A DNA stretch of 64,000 nt from positions 72,752-136,751 of the forward strand of contig CAVVGY010000009.1 in assembly GCA_963747935.1 (NCBI GenBank), given 5' to 3'. The stretch is from an uncultured Thermoleophilia bacterium (GTDB taxonomy: Bacteria; Actinomycetota; Thermoleophilia; UBA2241). Positions 28,374 through 38,196 of the stretch are shown piece after piece (the first letter of the stretch is position 1; every line of letters begins with the position of its first letter). The notes beneath the pieces are model-generated. The model was not told the origin of the DNA and searched no databases. It worked only from the letters and a program-made list of their open reading frames with translations. The position numbers were made by a program, and so were the translations under genes.

Positions 28374-28975
28374 CCACTCAGAGCAAAAGCAGCCAGCTCA
28401 ACCTCGCCAACAGCATCACCATCGCCAGGATCCTGCTGGTGCCGGTGTTCCTGGTCCTGCTGTTCGCCGGCCTGCCCGAGCCGTGGGGCGACCTCGCCGC
28501 CGCCGCGGTCTTCATCCTGGCCGCCGCCACCGACAAGCTCGACGGCTACGTGGCGCGCCGCAGCAAGCAGATCACCACTCTCGGTCAGTTCCTCGACCCG
28601 CTCGCCGACAAGCTCCTCATCGCCGCCGCTCTCATCGCGCTGGTCGCGCAGGACCGCGTGGCCGCGTGGGTCGCCACCGTCATCATCGTCCGCGAGGTCG
28701 CGGTGAGCGTGCTCCGCATCGTGGGGGTCAGCCAGGGCGTCTCCATCCCGGCGGACAAATACGGCAAGCTCAAGACGGTGCTGCAGATCGTGTACATCGT
28801 CTACGTGCTGTTCCCGACGGCCGACATCGCCAGGTACATCCACGTCTCCACCGATGTGGCCGTCATCATCCAGTGGATCCTCGCCATCGCCGTCGTGATC
28901 GTCACGCTGTACAGCGGCGTGCGGTACTTCATCAACGCCCGGGGCATCATCCACATGCCGGGGACGACTGACTGA
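28370..28975 (+). CDS. pgsA: CDP-diacylglycerol--glycerol-3-phosphate 3-phosphatidyltransferase
   Basis: NLANSITIARILLVPVF...ATDKLDGYVARRSKQITTLGQFLDPLADKLL (CDP-alcohol phosphatidyltransferase motif). Confidence 0.85.
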   Translation: MTTQSKSSQLNLANSITIARILLVPVFLVLLFAGLPEPWGDLAAAAVFILAAATDKLDGYVARRSKQITTLGQFLDPLADKLLIAAALIALVAQDRVAAWVATVIIVREVAVSVLRIVGVSQGVSIPADKYGKLKTVLQIVYIVYVLFPTADIARYIHVSTDVAVIIQWILAIAVVIVTLYSGVRYFINARGIIHMPGTTD

Positions 28976-30225
28976 TGCCTCCCGGCGCACCCCGCGCCGC
29001 CGTGGTGCTGAGCGGCAACGAACTGCTCGACGGCCGCACCCGTGACACCAACGGCGCCTTCGTGTGCGACGACCTCAGCCGCCGAGGCGTCAAGGTGCTC
29101 GAACTCCTCACCGTCGCCGACGACCGCGAGCGTCTCTCGGCGACCCTGCGGCACGCGCTCGACGGTCAGCCCGACCTGCTCGTTGTGGGGGGAGGGCTGG
29201 GCACCACGCACGACGACCTTACGGCCGAGTGCATCGCCGAGGTCCTCGGCGTCGCCCTCGAGGAGGACGCGGAGGCGCTCGCGTACCTCGAGGAGAGGAT
29301 CCGCGTGGTGGCCGCGCGGCGCCACATGGACTTCGCGGACATGCTCGCCCTCGCGCGGCGGCAGGCCACTCTGCCGGCCGGCTCCACTGCCGTGCCGCCG
29401 GCCGGCGTCGCCCCCGGCATCGCCGCGCGCGCGGGACACACACGGATCTTCGCCTACCCGGGCGTGCCCTACGAATTCCGTCAGATGTGGCTCGAGACGG
29501 CCGCGGAGCTCGAGCGCGACGGCTTCTTCCCGGATGTCGCCGTGCGCACCGTGCGCGTGTTCGGCGTCGGCGAGCTCCAGGTCGGCCCCGTCATCGACGC
29601 CCTGCCCAGCGACCAGGTCGAGCTGGGCATCAACGTGGGTGGGGGAGAGGTGACCGTCAAGATCCGCTACCGCAGGGAGCCGGGCGCCCAGACCCAGGCA
29701 GACGCGCTGGTCGCCGCGCTCGAGGCCGGCGTACCCGTCTACTCCACGGACGGGCGGACCATCGACGATCTCATCGCGGACGGACTCCGCGGGACCGGGA
29801 GGACCCTGGCCGTCGCGGAATCCTGCACCGGCGGGATGCTCGGCGCCCGGCTCACGGCGAGGCCCGGCAGTTCGGACTACTTCAGCGGCGGCGTGATCAG
29901 CTACTCGAACCAGGCGAAGATGGACCTGCTCGGCGTGCCGCCGGGCATGCTGGCCCAGTACGGCGCCGTGTCGGAGGAGGTGGCGCGCGCCATGGCCGAG
30001 GGCGCGCGCGACGCACTCCACAGCGACTACGCGCTCTCGATCACCGGCGTGGCCGGTCCCGACGGGGGCACCGAGGACAAGCCGGTCGGCCTCGTGTACC
30101 TGGGCTGTGCCGGCCCCGGCGAGACGCGGGTGCGCAAGGGCAACTTCCCCGGAGACCGCGACACCGTGCGCACGTTCAGCGTCACCGGCGCACTTCACCT
30201 GCTCCGCCAAGCGCTCTCCTCGTGA
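28975..30225 (+). CDS. cinA: competence/damage-inducible protein CinA (MoCF-like + PncC-type nicotinamide-nucleotide amidohydrolase domains)
   Basis: 416 aa: AAVVLSGNELLDGRTRDTNGAF...GGGLGTTHDDLT...LAVAESCTGGMLGARLT...GLVYLG. Confidence 0.85.
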   Translation: MPPGAPRAAVVLSGNELLDGRTRDTNGAFVCDDLSRRGVKVLELLTVADDRERLSATLRHALDGQPDLLVVGGGLGTTHDDLTAECIAEVLGVALEEDAEALAYLEERIRVVAARRHMDFADMLALARRQATLPAGSTAVPPAGVAPGIAARAGHTRIFAYPGVPYEFRQMWLETAAELERDGFFPDVAVRTVRVFGVGELQVGPVIDALPSDQVELGINVGGGEVTVKIRYRREPGAQTQADALVAALEAGVPVYSTDGRTIDDLIADGLRGTGRTLAVAESCTGGMLGARLTARPGSSDYFSGGVISYSNQAKMDLLGVPPGMLAQYGAVSEEVARAMAEGARDALHSDYALSITGVAGPDGGTEDKPVGLVYLGCAGPGETRVRKGNFPGDRDTVRTFSVTGALHLLRQALSS

Positions 30226-30794
30226 GCGAGGAGGCTCGGGCAGGGGACTCCGTCCAGCCCGAGCGGCTGCGCCTCTTCGTCGCCTGCGATCTGCCGCCTG
30301 AGGTAGAGCGCGCCGTGCGAGCGTGGCAGAGCAAGGAACTCTCGCGCCACGAAGACCTCCGCGTGCTGCCCACGCTGCACCTCACGCTTGCATTCCTCGG
30401 CAGCGTCGACGGGCACCGGATCGGCGACCTCGAGCGGATCCTCTCGGGTGTCGCCTGGCGGCCGGCCGAGTGCCGACTCAAGGAGCCTCTGTTCCTGCCG
30501 GCCCACGGCAAGCGGAGAGTCGTCGCGCTGGAGCTCGACGATCCGTCCGGGACGCTGCGTAGACTGCAGGGAGAGGTCTCCGCCGGGCTGGCGTCAGAGG
30601 GCCTCTACGAGCCCGAGAAGCGCCCGTGGTTGCCCCACGTCACGGTGGCGAGATTCCGCCGTCCTGGTCACCCTTTTTCCCTGCAAAATGTGAACATCGG
30701 GTCGTTTGGAGTCGTCCGGATGGTCCTGTATAGTAGCCACCTGAAGCCGGGAGGTGCAGTGCACACCCCGCTGGCAGACTTCCCCGCGTCCTGA
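30222..30794 (+). CDS. thpR: RNA 2',3'-cyclic phosphodiesterase (2H phosphoesterase, ThpR/LigT-like)
   Basis: GTG 30222 (GTGA overlap with cinA). Two HxT motifs: LHLTLAFLG and PHVTVARF. Confidence 0.75.
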   Translation: MSEEARAGDSVQPERLRLFVACDLPPEVERAVRAWQSKELSRHEDLRVLPTLHLTLAFLGSVDGHRIGDLERILSGVAWRPAECRLKEPLFLPAHGKRRVVALELDDPSGTLRRLQGEVSAGLASEGLYEPEKRPWLPHVTVARFRRPGHPFSLQNVNIGSFGVVRMVLYSSHLKPGGAVHTPLADFPAS

Positions 30795-30813
30795 GCAAGA
30801 GAGGAGCGCTACA

Positions 30814-31890
30814 TTGGACAAGGACAAAGCCCTCGAGGCTGCCGTCACCCAGATCGAGCGTCAGTTCGGCAAGGGCAGCGTCATGCGCATGGGCGACCAC
30901 CCCGTGAGCGACGAGATGCAGACCGTCCCCACGGGGTGCCTCCCGCTCGACATCGCCCTGGGGGTCGGCGGCATCCCGCGCGGCCGCATCGTCGAGATCT
31001 ACGGCCCGGAGTCCTCCGGCAAGACCACCATGGTCTACCACCTCATCGCCCAGGCGCAGAAGCGCGGCGGTCAGGCGGCCTTCATCGACGCCGAGCACGC
31101 CATGGACCCCATCTACGCCAAGGCCATCGGCGTGGATGTGGACAACCTGCTGGTCTCCCAGCCGGACTACGGCGAGCAGGCCCTGGAGATCGCCGAGATG
31201 CTGGTGCGCAGCGGCGCCCTCGACATCGTCGCCATCGACTCCGTCGCCGCGCTCACGCCCAAGGCCGAGATCGAGGGCGAGATGGGCGACAGCTTCGTGG
31301 GCCTGCAGGCGCGGCTCATGAGCCAGGCCCTGCGCAAGCTGAACGGCAGCCTCAGCCGCTCGGGCACCATCTGCGTGTTCACCAACCAGTTGCGCGAGAA
31401 GATCGGCGTCATGTTCGGCAACCCCGAGGTCACCACCGGCGGTAAGGCGCTCAAGTTCTACGCCACCATCCGCCTCGACATCCGCCGCATCGAGACACTC
31501 AAGGACGGCACGGAGGCCGTGGGCAACCGCTGCCGCGTCAAGGTCGTCAAGAACAAGGTCGCGCCGCCGTTCAAGCAGGCGGAGTTCGACATCATGTACG
31601 GCCAGGGCGTGTCTCGCGAGGGCACGCTGCTCGACCTCGGCGTGCTGTACGACGTCGTCGCCAAGAGCGGCGCCTTCTTCAGCTACAACGACGAGCGTCT
31701 CGGCCAGGGCCGCGCCAACGCCAAGGTCTTCCTCAAGGAGAATCCGGACATCGCCGACGCCATCGAGGCGCAGATCCGGTCCAAGGCCGGGTTGCCCGGC
31801 AGCGTGCCGCAGGACGACGGCGCGGCGGCCTCCGTCAAGGAAGTCCCCGAGGGCGTCGACCCGGTCACCGGCGAGGTCCTCAAGGTCTAG
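30814..31890 (+). CDS. recA: recombinase RecA
   Basis: TTG 30814 lies 7 nt after [35 protein letters not shown]...[12 protein letters not shown]... Confidence 0.95.
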   Translation: MDKDKALEAAVTQIERQFGKGSVMRMGDHPVSDEMQTVPTGCLPLDIALGVGGIPRGRIVEIYGPESSGKTTMVYHLIAQAQKRGGQAAFIDAEHAMDPIYAKAIGVDVDNLLVSQPDYGEQALEIAEMLVRSGALDIVAIDSVAALTPKAEIEGEMGDSFVGLQARLMSQALRKLNGSLSRSGTICVFTNQLREKIGVMFGNPEVTTGGKALKFYATIRLDIRRIETLKDGTEAVGNRCRVKVVKNKVAPPFKQAEFDIMYGQGVSREGTLLDLGVLYDVVAKSGAFFSYNDERLGQGRANAKVFLKENPDIADAIEAQIRSKAGLPGSVPQDDGAAASVKEVPEGVDPVTGEVLKV

Positions 31891-31893
31891 GCC

Positions 31894-32532
31894 GTGCCGG
31901 TCGTCACCGCCCTGCGCGCCACCCGTCGTGGCGGGGTGGCGCTGCACGTGGACGACGAGTACGTCTGCGTCGTCAGCGAGTCGCTCGTCGCTCGCTGGCA
32001 CCTGTTCAAAGGCCGTGAGCTCTCGGCCGACGATGTAGCCCAGGTCAGGGCCGCCTCGTCGGCCGAGCGCGTCATGGGCGACGCCTACCGGCTGCTCGGG
32101 CACCGCGCCCGGAGCACCGACGAGCTGCGGCGGCGCCTCCTGGCCAAGGAGCACGACGAGGCCACCGTGGACGAGGCGCTCGAGCGTCTCGCCGCCGACG
32201 GATTCCTGGACGACGCCGCCTTCGCACGCAGCTACGTCGCCGACAAGCGGCGCCTGGACGGCTGGGGCGTGGACCGGATCCGCCGAGGGCTGGGCGGGCT
32301 CGGGGTGGACCCCACAGTCATCGGCGAGGTCCTGGGTGAGGGCGCGGCCGACGACGGCGCCGAGCTCGACCGCGCCCTGGCCGCGCTGCGCAAGCGCGGC
32401 GCGCCGGAGCCGCCGCTGGACGCGGCCCGCCGGCGCGCATTCCAGGCTCTCCAGCGCCGAGGCTTCTCCTCAGCCACGGCCTACGCCGCGGTACGCGTCT
32501 GGGTCGAGGAATCGCCGCTCCGGCCGAATTGA
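31894..32532 (+). CDS. recX: recombination regulator RecX
   Basis: 212 aa of repeated three-helix modules (..RALDAAYRLLGHRARSTDELRRRLL.., ..FARSYVADKRR..). Immediately downstream of recA. Confidence 0.85.
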   Translation: MPVVTALRATRRGGVALHVDDEYVCVVSESLVARWHLFKGRELSADDVAQVRAASSAERVMGDAYRLLGHRARSTDELRRRLLAKEHDEATVDEALERLAADGFLDDAAFARSYVADKRRLDGWGVDRIRRGLGGLGVDPTVIGEVLGEGAADDGAELDRALAALRKRGAPEPPLDAARRRAFQALQRRGFSSATAYAAVRVWVEESPLRPN

Positions 32533-32774
32533 CGCGGTAAGCTGCGGTAACGTACCATCGGCCCACGCGACGTGTGCGCGTGCTTTGTGTATTCCACTTC
32601 TCGCTCTTGCATGGCGATACAGACGGCGGCAGGTCCGCCGATCAGGCTGAGAACCGAACTACCAGGGGTCAACGATGAGAGTTTTGGGAGGTTTCACGTA
32701 CCTGCAGTCGTCCTGACCCCTGGACGTAGTCACAGCTGAACCCAAGTATCGCGGTGCACGTGCGAGCGTGGCAC
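32533..32774 (+). promoter_or_regulatory. candidate structured RNA element (rny leader or small RNA) between recX and rny
   Basis: A 240-nt non-coding stretch holds a perfect 10-bp stem, CCAGGGGTCA(32662-32671)/TGACCCCTGG(32714-32723). The stem encloses a 13-codon mini-ORF (32675-32716), and the region is followed by a strong intrinsic terminator. Confidence 0.35.
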
Positions 32775-32803
32775 AGGCCGGGCGCGTTTGCCCGGCCTTT
32801 TTT
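32775..32803 (+). terminator. intrinsic (Rho-independent) terminator/attenuator 29 nt upstream of rny
   Basis: AGGCCGGGC/GCCCGGCCT form a perfect 9-bp GC stem with a 6-nt loop, followed by a run of six T. Confidence 0.65.
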
Positions 32804-32831
32804 CGTGCTGCGCGACCTGTGAAGGGATTGG

Positions 32832-34367
32832 ATGATGGAAATAGCGGTCTCTATCGTTGTTGGTTTGGTGGTCGGCATTGCGGTGGGGTACTTCATCCGC
32901 CGCAACCTCGCTTCGAACAAGCTGGCGGGCGCCGAGCGCGACGCTGAGAAGCTGCTCAAGGACTCCCAGCGTGAAGCGGACACCATCGTCAAGGAGGCCC
33001 GCCTCGAGGCCAAGGAGGAGGTCCACCGGGTCCGCAGCGAGGTCGAGGCCGAGCTTCGCGACCGGCGCGAGGAGCTGGGCAAGTCCGAGCAGCGCATGCT
33101 GCAGCGCGAGGAGGCCATCGACGCTCGCGCCGCCGAGCAGGACCGCCGCGAGCAGTCCATCCGCGACCGCGACGCCAACAGCCAGCGCCTCTCCGACGAG
33201 CTCAACAACGCGCACGCCGAGGCCATGATCCAGCTGGAGCGCATCTCCGGCCTGAGCGCTGCCCAGGCCAAGGAGATGCTGCTCAAGCAGACCGAGGACG
33301 AGGCGCGCCACGAGATGGCCAAGCTCGTCCGCCAGATCGAGGAGGAGGCGCGCAGGGAGGCCGACCGGCGCGCCCGCAACATCCTCTCGATCAGCATCCA
33401 GCGCACGGCGGCCAACCACGTCGCCGAGACCACCGTGTCCGTGGTCAACCTGCCGTCGGACGACATGAAGGGCCGCATCATCGGGCGCGAAGGCCGCAAC
33501 ATCCGCACGCTCGAGAACATCACCGGCATCGACTTCATCATCGACGACACCCCCGAGGCCGTGGTGCTCTCCGGCTTCGACGGCGTGCGCCGCGAGACCG
33601 CCCGCCTCACGCTCACCAAGCTCATCACCGACGGGCGCATCCACCCGGCGCGCATCGAGGAGACCTACACCGCGGCCAAGGCCGAGGTCGAGGCCGCGAT
33701 GGAAGAAGCCGGCGAGGCTGCCTGCTTCGACACCAACGTCCACGGTGTGGCGCCCGAGCTGGTCAGGGTCCTCGGGCGCCTCAAGTACCGCACCAGCTAC
33801 GGCCAGAACGTGCTCAACCACTCCATCGAGGTCGCGCACCTCGCCGGCATCATGGCCGCGGAGCTGGGCGCCAACGTCAAGATCGCCAAGCGCGCCGGCC
33901 TGCTCCACGACATCGGCAAGGCCATCGACCACGAGGTCGACGGCTCGCACGCGGACATCTCCCAGCAGCTCTGCAAGAAGTACAGGGAGTCGCAGAGCGT
34001 GTGCCACGCCATCCAGGCGCACCACCAGGACGTGGAGCCGCAGACCGTGGAGGCCGTGCTCGTGCAGGCGGCCGACGCGATCAGCGCCGCCCGCCCGGGT
34101 GCCCGCCGCGAGTCGCTCGAGAACTACATCAAGCGGCTCGAGTCGCTGGAGCACATCGCCGAGGCCCACAAGGGCGTCGAGAAATGCTTCGCCATGCAGG
34201 CGGGGCGCGAGGTGCGCGTCATGGTCAAGCCCGGAGAGATCGACGACGACGCCACGTCGCTCCTCGCGCACGAGATCGCGCGCGAGATCGAGGACCAGCT
34301 CGACTACCCGGGCCAGATCCGCGTCACCGTCATCCGCGAGAGCCGCGCCGTCGACATCGCCAAGTAG
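32832..34367 (+). CDS. rny: ribonuclease Y
   Basis: 511 aa with an N-terminal TM helix, a long coiled coil, KH ([15 protein letters not shown]) and HD (LLHDIGKA) domains. Confidence 0.9.
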   Translation: MMEIAVSIVVGLVVGIAVGYFIRRNLASNKLAGAERDAEKLLKDSQREADTIVKEARLEAKEEVHRVRSEVEAELRDRREELGKSEQRMLQREEAIDARAAEQDRREQSIRDRDANSQRLSDELNNAHAEAMIQLERISGLSAAQAKEMLLKQTEDEARHEMAKLVRQIEEEARREADRRARNILSISIQRTAANHVAETTVSVVNLPSDDMKGRIIGREGRNIRTLENITGIDFIIDDTPEAVVLSGFDGVRRETARLTLTKLITDGRIHPARIEETYTAAKAEVEAAMEEAGEAACFDTNVHGVAPELVRVLGRLKYRTSYGQNVLNHSIEVAHLAGIMAAELGANVKIAKRAGLLHDIGKAIDHEVDGSHADISQQLCKKYRESQSVCHAIQAHHQDVEPQTVEAVLVQAADAISAARPGARRESLENYIKRLESLEHIAEAHKGVEKCFAMQAGREVRVMVKPGEIDDDATSLLAHEIAREIEDQLDYPGQIRVTVIRESRAVDIAK

Positions 34368-34466
34368 CCGGTGTGCCTTCGCTGCACCGCCAGTTGAGCC
34401 CGCTCCGCAGCTCAATGGGCGGCGCGGAGAGGGCGCCCACGCGCCCGCTCGCCGCCTGACGGACCT

Positions 34467-35794
34467 GTGATGACCGGCCGCTACTATCTCCGCTCGTTCG
34501 GCTGCCAGATGAACGAGCACGACGCCGAACGGATCCGCGCGCTGCTCGAGGCCGAAGGCCTGGAGCGCGCGGTCGAGCCGGACGACGCCGACGTGCTCGT
34601 GTACAACACCTGCACCGTGCGCAAGAGCGCCGACGACCGGCTCGCAGGCCACCTGGGGACCGCCGCGAGGCTCAAGCGCGACGACCCCTCACGCGTGGTG
34701 CTCGTCACGGGCTGCCTGCCGCAGGCGGAGCAGGCTGGCTTCTTCGCGCGCTTCCCGTTCGTGGACGGCGCGCTCGGGCCGCAGAACCTGCATCGCCTGC
34801 CGGAGCTTGCTCCACACGGCGGTCGAGCCGGCCGGCGAAGCGCACGCCGGCTACTTCGAGGACGGGCCCAGCTTCAGCGGTGACATCGCCGCCCGCAGGG
34901 AGCGCCCGTACCAGGCGTGGGTGCAGGTCATGAGCGGCTGCACCAACTTCTGCTCCTACTGCATCGTGCCCTACGTTCGCGGGCCCGAGCGCAGCCGGCG
35001 GATCGACGACCTCGCCGCCGAGGTCGAGAGGCTCGTGGCGGACGGCGTGCGCGAGGTCACGCTCCTCGGCCAGAACGTCAACGCCTACGGACTCGACCTG
35101 CGGCACGGGGGAGAGGCGGCAGCACCTGCGTTCGCGGGGCTCCTGCGGCGCCTGGACGCCGTCGAGGGGCTCGACCGCGTCCGGTTCATGACGTCGCACC
35201 CCAAGGACCTCGGCGACGACCTCGTCGCGGCCGTCGCCGAGCTGCCCAGCGTGTGCGAGCACGTCCACCTTCCGGCGCAGGCGGGCTCTGACCGCGTGCT
35301 GCGAGCCATGCGCCGCGGCTACTCGGCCGGCCAGTACCTCGAGCGCGTGCACGCCCTGCGTGCAGCCGTACCGGACGTCAGTATCACCACGGACCTCATC
35401 GCAGGGTTCCCCGGTGAGACCGACGAGGACTTCGAGCGGACCCTGGACCTGGTCCGGCAGGCCGCGTTCGACGCGGCGTACACGTTCGTCTACTCGCCGC
35501 GCTCCGGCACGCGCGCCGCGGATCTCCCGCGACCAGGTGCCTCCGGAGGTCCGCCGCGAGCGCGTGGAACGGCTCATCGAGCTCACGCAGCAACTGGCGC
35601 TCGCCTCCCGGCAGGCGTGGGTGGGACGGCGGGCCGAGGTGCTGATCGAGGGCACCAGCAGGGACGGCGAGTTGCACCGCGGGCGCTCGCGCCAGAACGT
35701 CACCGTGAACGTCGCCGGAGCCGTCGAGCCCGGTGCTATAGTGACGGTGGAGATCACCGCAGCGACCTCCACCACGCTGCGCGGCACGGTCTGA
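34467..35794 (+). pseudogene. miaB: tRNA-2-methylthio-N6-dimethylallyladenosine synthase MiaB (radical SAM), frame broken twice (near 34808 and 35530)
   Basis: Three consecutive ORF pieces read colinearly as MiaB. They are [18 protein letters not shown]...LHRLPEL | [10 protein letters not shown]...[23 protein letters not shown]...[14 protein letters not shown] | [20 protein letters not shown]...TRAM domain. Confidence 0.85.
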
Positions 35795-35818
35795 GCCGGC
35801 GACCAGGGAGGTACCGTC

Positions 35819-36613
35819 ATGCAAGGCTGCATCTGCCCTCATCCCCCGCTGCTCATCCCTGAAGTCGGCGGCACCGCGCGCAACAAGATCGCCTCCACAG
35901 TCGCCGCCATGGAGAGACTCGCCGCCTCGGTCGGAGAGCCCGAGACCATCGTCGTCATCTCGCCGCACGCCGACGACTTCGGCTCCTCCCACGCCGTCAA
36001 GACGCCGCCGCGCCTGAGGGGCGACTTCGGCCGCTTCCGCAACCCGGACGCGGCCTTCAGCTACGACAACGACGTGCAGTTCGCGGAACTCCTCTTGGCG
36101 CTCGCCGGCGACAGCCGCAAGCTCCGCGTGGTGCCGGACGACAGCGAAGTGCTCGACTGGGGAGTGCTCGTCCCTCTGAGCTTCCTGCGCCCGCAGAGGA
36201 TCGTCAGCCTGTCCGTGGTCGGCCCCTACGCCGAGCACCGCGCGCTCGGCCAGCTCGTCAGGCGGTGCGCCGAAGAACTCGGTCGCGACACGCTGTTCCT
36301 GGCCTCCGGGGACCTCTCGCACGCGCTCATCCACGGCGCGCCGGCCCCGTACGACCCGCGCGGCAAGCTCTTCGACGACGAGGTCCAGAGCCTGCTCGCC
36401 GTCGGCGACTTCGTCGGCCTGTCGCGCATCGAGCCGGTCCTGCTGGACGGCGCGGCCGAGTGCGGCCTGCGCAGCTTCGTCGCGCTCGGCGGCTTTCTGG
36501 GCGACGACGCGACCGTCGAACCCGAGATCCTCAGCTACGAGGGCCCCTACGGCGTCGGCTACCTCGTCGCCCGCTTCGGTCCGCGGCCGCACGCCGCGGA
36601 CGCGACCGTATGA
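35819..36613 (+). CDS. class III extradiol dioxygenase subunit B-like (LigB/MEMO superfamily) protein
   Basis: [18 protein letters not shown]...VVISPHAD...[12 protein letters not shown]...[12 protein letters not shown], a LigB/MEMO-like pattern. The stop overlaps the AMMECR1 start (ATGA). Confidence 0.55.
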   Translation: MQGCICPHPPLLIPEVGGTARNKIASTVAAMERLAASVGEPETIVVISPHADDFGSSHAVKTPPRLRGDFGRFRNPDAAFSYDNDVQFAELLLALAGDSRKLRVVPDDSEVLDWGVLVPLSFLRPQRIVSLSVVGPYAEHRALGQLVRRCAEELGRDTLFLASGDLSHALIHGAPAPYDPRGKLFDDEVQSLLAVGDFVGLSRIEPVLLDGAAECGLRSFVALGGFLGDDATVEPEILSYEGPYGVGYLVARFGPRPHAADATV

Positions 36614-37177
36614 CCGAAGCGGTCGGTACTCAGGGGCCGGCGGACTACGCGTTCGCCTGCGTGCGCTCCTACGTCGCCGGCGGCCTCGCGCCGGAGCCGC
36701 CGGCGGACGCGTTCTACGAGCGTCCGGCGGCCTGCTTCGTCACGCTCAAGAAGCGCGGCGAACTGCGCGGCTGCATCGGCACGCTTGAGCCCGGCCAGGC
36801 CGCGCTCGGCTGGGAGATCGCGCACAACGCGCGCTCCTCCGCGCTGCGCGACCCGCGGTTCCCGCCGGTGGTCGGCGACGAGGTCGAGGCGCTCACCTGT
36901 TCGGTGGACGTCCTGAGCCCGAGTGAGCCCTGCGAGATGACCGACCTCGATCCCGCGGATATACGGCGTCATCGTCGCGTCCGGCTTCAAGCGCGGCGTG
37001 CTGCTGCCCGCCCTGGAGGGCGTCGACACCGTCGAGCAGCAGGTCGGCATCGCGCTGCAGAAGGCGGGCATCGCGCCGGACGACAGCTTCGAGGTCCGGC
37101 GCTTCCGCGTCACGCGCTACCGGCAGGGCGACCCGGCCACGGAGCCGGAAGACGACGCCGCACCCGTCGGCGACTGA
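36610..37177 (+). pseudogene. AMMECR1-domain protein, frame broken once near 36960
   Basis: ACFVTLKKRGELRGCIGTLEP...ALRDPRFPPV...LTCSVDVLSPSEP in one frame. It continues as [37 protein letters not shown]...RFRVTRY in the next frame, ending at TGA 37175-37177. Confidence 0.75.
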
Positions 37178-37189
37178 CCTGAGACGAGC

Positions 37190-38110
37190 GTGACCGGCGT
37201 CCCGCCGGTGGTCGCCCTCTTCGGCGCCACCGCCCTCGGCAAGAGCGACGTAGCGCTCGAACTGGCGTCCCTTCTCGGCGCCGACATCGTCGTCGCCGAC
37301 TCGATGCAGATCTACGCCGGGCTGCCCATCCTCACGAACCAGCCCGGCGCCGAGTCGCGCGCGCGGGTGCGCTACCACCTCGTGGGGTGGGCGCCGCCCC
37401 AGGAGGACTTCACGGTGGCCGAGTACGCAGATCGGGCGCATGCGGCTGTGGACGCCGTGCTCGATGAGGGCCGGAGCGTGGTGGCCGAAGGCGGCTCCGG
37501 CCTCTACCTGCGCGCCCTCCTCGGCGACCTCGCCTTCGGCGGGGCGCCCGACCCGGCGCGCAGAGCCGAGCTCGATGCACGGTGGGAGCGCGAGCCGGAG
37601 GCGCTCGTCGCCGAGCTCCGCCGGCGCGCGCCGGACGTCGCCGCGCGGGTGGACGCTCGCAACGGGCGTCGCGTCGTGCGCGCGCTCGAGTCGCTCGACC
37701 AGCCCGGAGAGAAACAGACAGGCGAGCTCTGGGAGCCCGGCGGCCGCTACCGGCACCTGCTGTTCGCGCTCGTCCCCGACGAGGACCGCGCCGCGCTCAA
37801 AGAGCGCATCGAGCGGCGCGTCGACGAGATGCTCGCCGCCGGCGCGCTCGAGGAGGTCGCCGCGGCCCGGGCCGCCGGGCCGTTCTCACGAACGGCGGCC
37901 CAGGCGATCGGCGTGCGCGAGCTCTGCGCCGTCCTGGACGGCGAGCTCGCGCTGCCCGAGGCGGCTGCGCGCATGAAGGCGCGCACGCGCACCCTGGCGC
38001 GCCGCCAGCTCACCTGGATGCGCAAGCTGCCCGACGCCTCACTGGTGCCCGTCGCCGGGCGCACCCCGGCGGACGTCGCCGCAGACGTCCTGAGCCGCCT
38101 GAGCGCCTGA
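37190..38110 (+). CDS. miaA: tRNA dimethylallyltransferase
   Basis: VVALFGATALGKSDVALELA...IVVADSMQIYAGLPILTNQP... Confidence 0.9.
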   Translation: MTGVPPVVALFGATALGKSDVALELASLLGADIVVADSMQIYAGLPILTNQPGAESRARVRYHLVGWAPPQEDFTVAEYADRAHAAVDAVLDEGRSVVAEGGSGLYLRALLGDLAFGGAPDPARRAELDARWEREPEALVAELRRRAPDVAARVDARNGRRVVRALESLDQPGEKQTGELWEPGGRYRHLLFALVPDEDRAALKERIERRVDEMLAAGALEEVAAARAAGPFSRTAAQAIGVRELCAVLDGELALPEAAARMKARTRTLARRQLTWMRKLPDASLVPVAGRTPADVAADVLSRLSA

Positions 38111-38196
38111 GCCGGCTGCGCGAACACGCATGGTAGGATGTGGGTTCGAGCGCGGCGAGAGCCGCGCGCTGTGCGCTCACAGGGGGTCATGAATCC

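Noticed and set aside
32730-34652. 640-aa minus-strand ORF opposite rny
   Set aside because: It is a shadow ORF with low-complexity translation, and the plus strand encodes RNase Y with TM, KH and HD domains.
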